The translations under genes and the position numbers were made by a program. Of a DNA stretch of 64,000 nucleotides, positions 62,558 through 64,000 are shown in pieces (position 1 is the first letter of the stretch; each line of letters begins with the position of its first letter). Origin of the DNA: Chrysomallon squamiferum (taxonomy: Eukaryota; Animalia; Mollusca); the NCBI GenBank assembly GCA_012295275.1, contig CM022674.1:5270001-5334000 (forward strand), written 5' to 3'. The notes beneath the pieces were generated by a model. The model had not been told where the DNA came from, ran no database searches, and saw nothing but the letters and a program-made list of their open reading frames with translations.

Positions 62558-63154
62558 TGTAACATTTCATATAATGATTCTTGATTATTTAAAAGTTCAG
62601 ACAAGTGAAAATTAATTTGTTAATATTTTGTTAATATTTCACATAAATCAATCTTAATTAGTTAACTGTTTGTAATATTTAATATAAATGAATATTAATT
62701 TGTTAAGTCATTGCTTTATTTCAGATAAATGAATATTAATTATTTTTAACGTATTTCAGGTGTCTTGTGTGCTGCTTCAGAGTATGAACTGAAAGATCTG
62801 AGCAAAGCATGCTGGGATTTTGCTCGTCGTTTAAAGAGCAAAAGTCAGATTGCCGACTTGCTGACGTCATGTTCTAAATATAGTAAAAAGAAAGCAGCCC
62901 AGAAATTGATTATCGAGGTGTGTATGTCACAGATATTCAACTATCTATCAAACACAGATAATTATTATTATTTATTTTCATTTTCCTCTTTTTAATCATC
63001 TTTTAGAGTCCATTCATTGTAATTACTGATTAAAGTAACGATAAAACCTTATTAATTGAATTTATGAAAAGGATTTGTTCACTGAAATTTAAAAACAAAA
63101 AAATTAAATCATTTCTTATATCTTTATATTTAGATATCTAGAAGCGATCACTGA
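61502..63154 (+). CDS. BTB/POZ (plus partial BACK) domain protein, serine-enriched protein (gprs)-like, about 233 aa
   Basis: Exons 61502-61592, 61764-62004, 62303-62493, 62760-62917 and a tentative last exon 63134-63154; GT-AG with phases 1,2,1,0. Contains the BTB signature LCDVMFLVGKERVPVYGVKAIMATRSRVFYQLI...IPDYDIDVFRSLVTFLHCGKV...GVLCAASEYELKDLSKACWDF. TATAAAA at about 61418. The last exon is uncertain. Confidence 0.85.
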
Positions 63155-64000
63155 AAATGATTATTTTTATCCTCTGAGAACTGATCACATGACCGCCTGA
63201 GGTCACCGTATCACGTGACAAACACGTGGGAGCTCTTCTGACTCGAGTCATACTTCACGTCAAAACCGAAACGTGAAGAAAAATAAGAAGCGAAAACGAA
63301 ACGTGCTGTCAAGACGCGTCTTCGTGAGACGAAAGAGGAGTTGACGTGAATGAGAAGTGGAAAGATAAGGAATGAAGAAATACATGTAATTCTGTGTGTA
63401 ACAGAGAGTTCGTGACAGCGAAACTGTTCCATTAAATGAAGAAAGTCCGCGCATTTACAGAAAGTTCTGTTTATTGCAATAAGTATTATTCATTCGATGT
63501 ACATCAATCAGTATGATGTGTAATATACTAGTCTTGTTCAAATGCTTGTTTCTAATAAAGATTTTAAAGATAAAAATGTATTTGTTTTCTTGTCCGATAT
63601 TTCAAGTCTTTTCTTTATCAATAACAAACTGATCATGATGAGTTGTAAAGTGGGAATCTTGAATTGCTTCTTTTAACATCTCCTATCCAATCTTCAGACC
63701 GACGGTATGACCTTGTTTTTGCAAACTGCATTTCAAAAATGAATTTGATTGTTGTATTAAATACAGCTACAGTGCTCATCTAAGCTAAAACGCATTGATT
63801 TATTCATTGAAACTAGACGACAGATTGAAATATTACTTCTGAGTTGTAAAACAATATTTTAAATGTCTTTCGCTTCTGAACAAAGATTTTATATATGCAA
63901 ATATACGAACGTCTTTGTTCGTGTGTGTGTGTGTGCATGTGCGTGTGTACGTGTGCGTGTGTCAGTATATTTGAGTACACATTTCAATATTATTAAAACA

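Overview
AT-rich, microsatellite-dense, intron-containing animal genomic DNA. It looks like an invertebrate, probably a mollusc, but that is inference only. Almost every entry in the ORF track is a simple-repeat artefact, so I assembled genes by hand from GT-AG splice sites and reading-frame phase. Supported genes: a 7-exon UBE2J2 (minus, 25079-29537); a small signal-peptide/Thr-rich/GPI-like mucin-type gene (33533-35210); a highly atypical RhoA-derived protein with degenerate G-motifs and no CAAX (40011-41435); a prohormone-like secreted precursor with an apparent 1-nt frameshift (45039-45973); and a BTB/BACK 'serine-enriched protein'-like gene (61502-63154). The most notable feature is largely missed by the ORF track: a cluster of four 3-exon paralogs (47346-59908) encoding 58-61 aa precursors. 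Each has a signal peptide followed by a 36-39 aa Cys/Lys/His-rich CxxC-repeat peptide with 10-14 Cys. The peptides are metallothionein-like in composition but apparently secreted. The copies have homogenised mature-peptide exons, a 3'-UTR intron and exon, and shared promoter modules. Also present: a Tigger/pogo remnant, a hAT MITE with TSD, SINE fragments and a 42-bp minisatellite.
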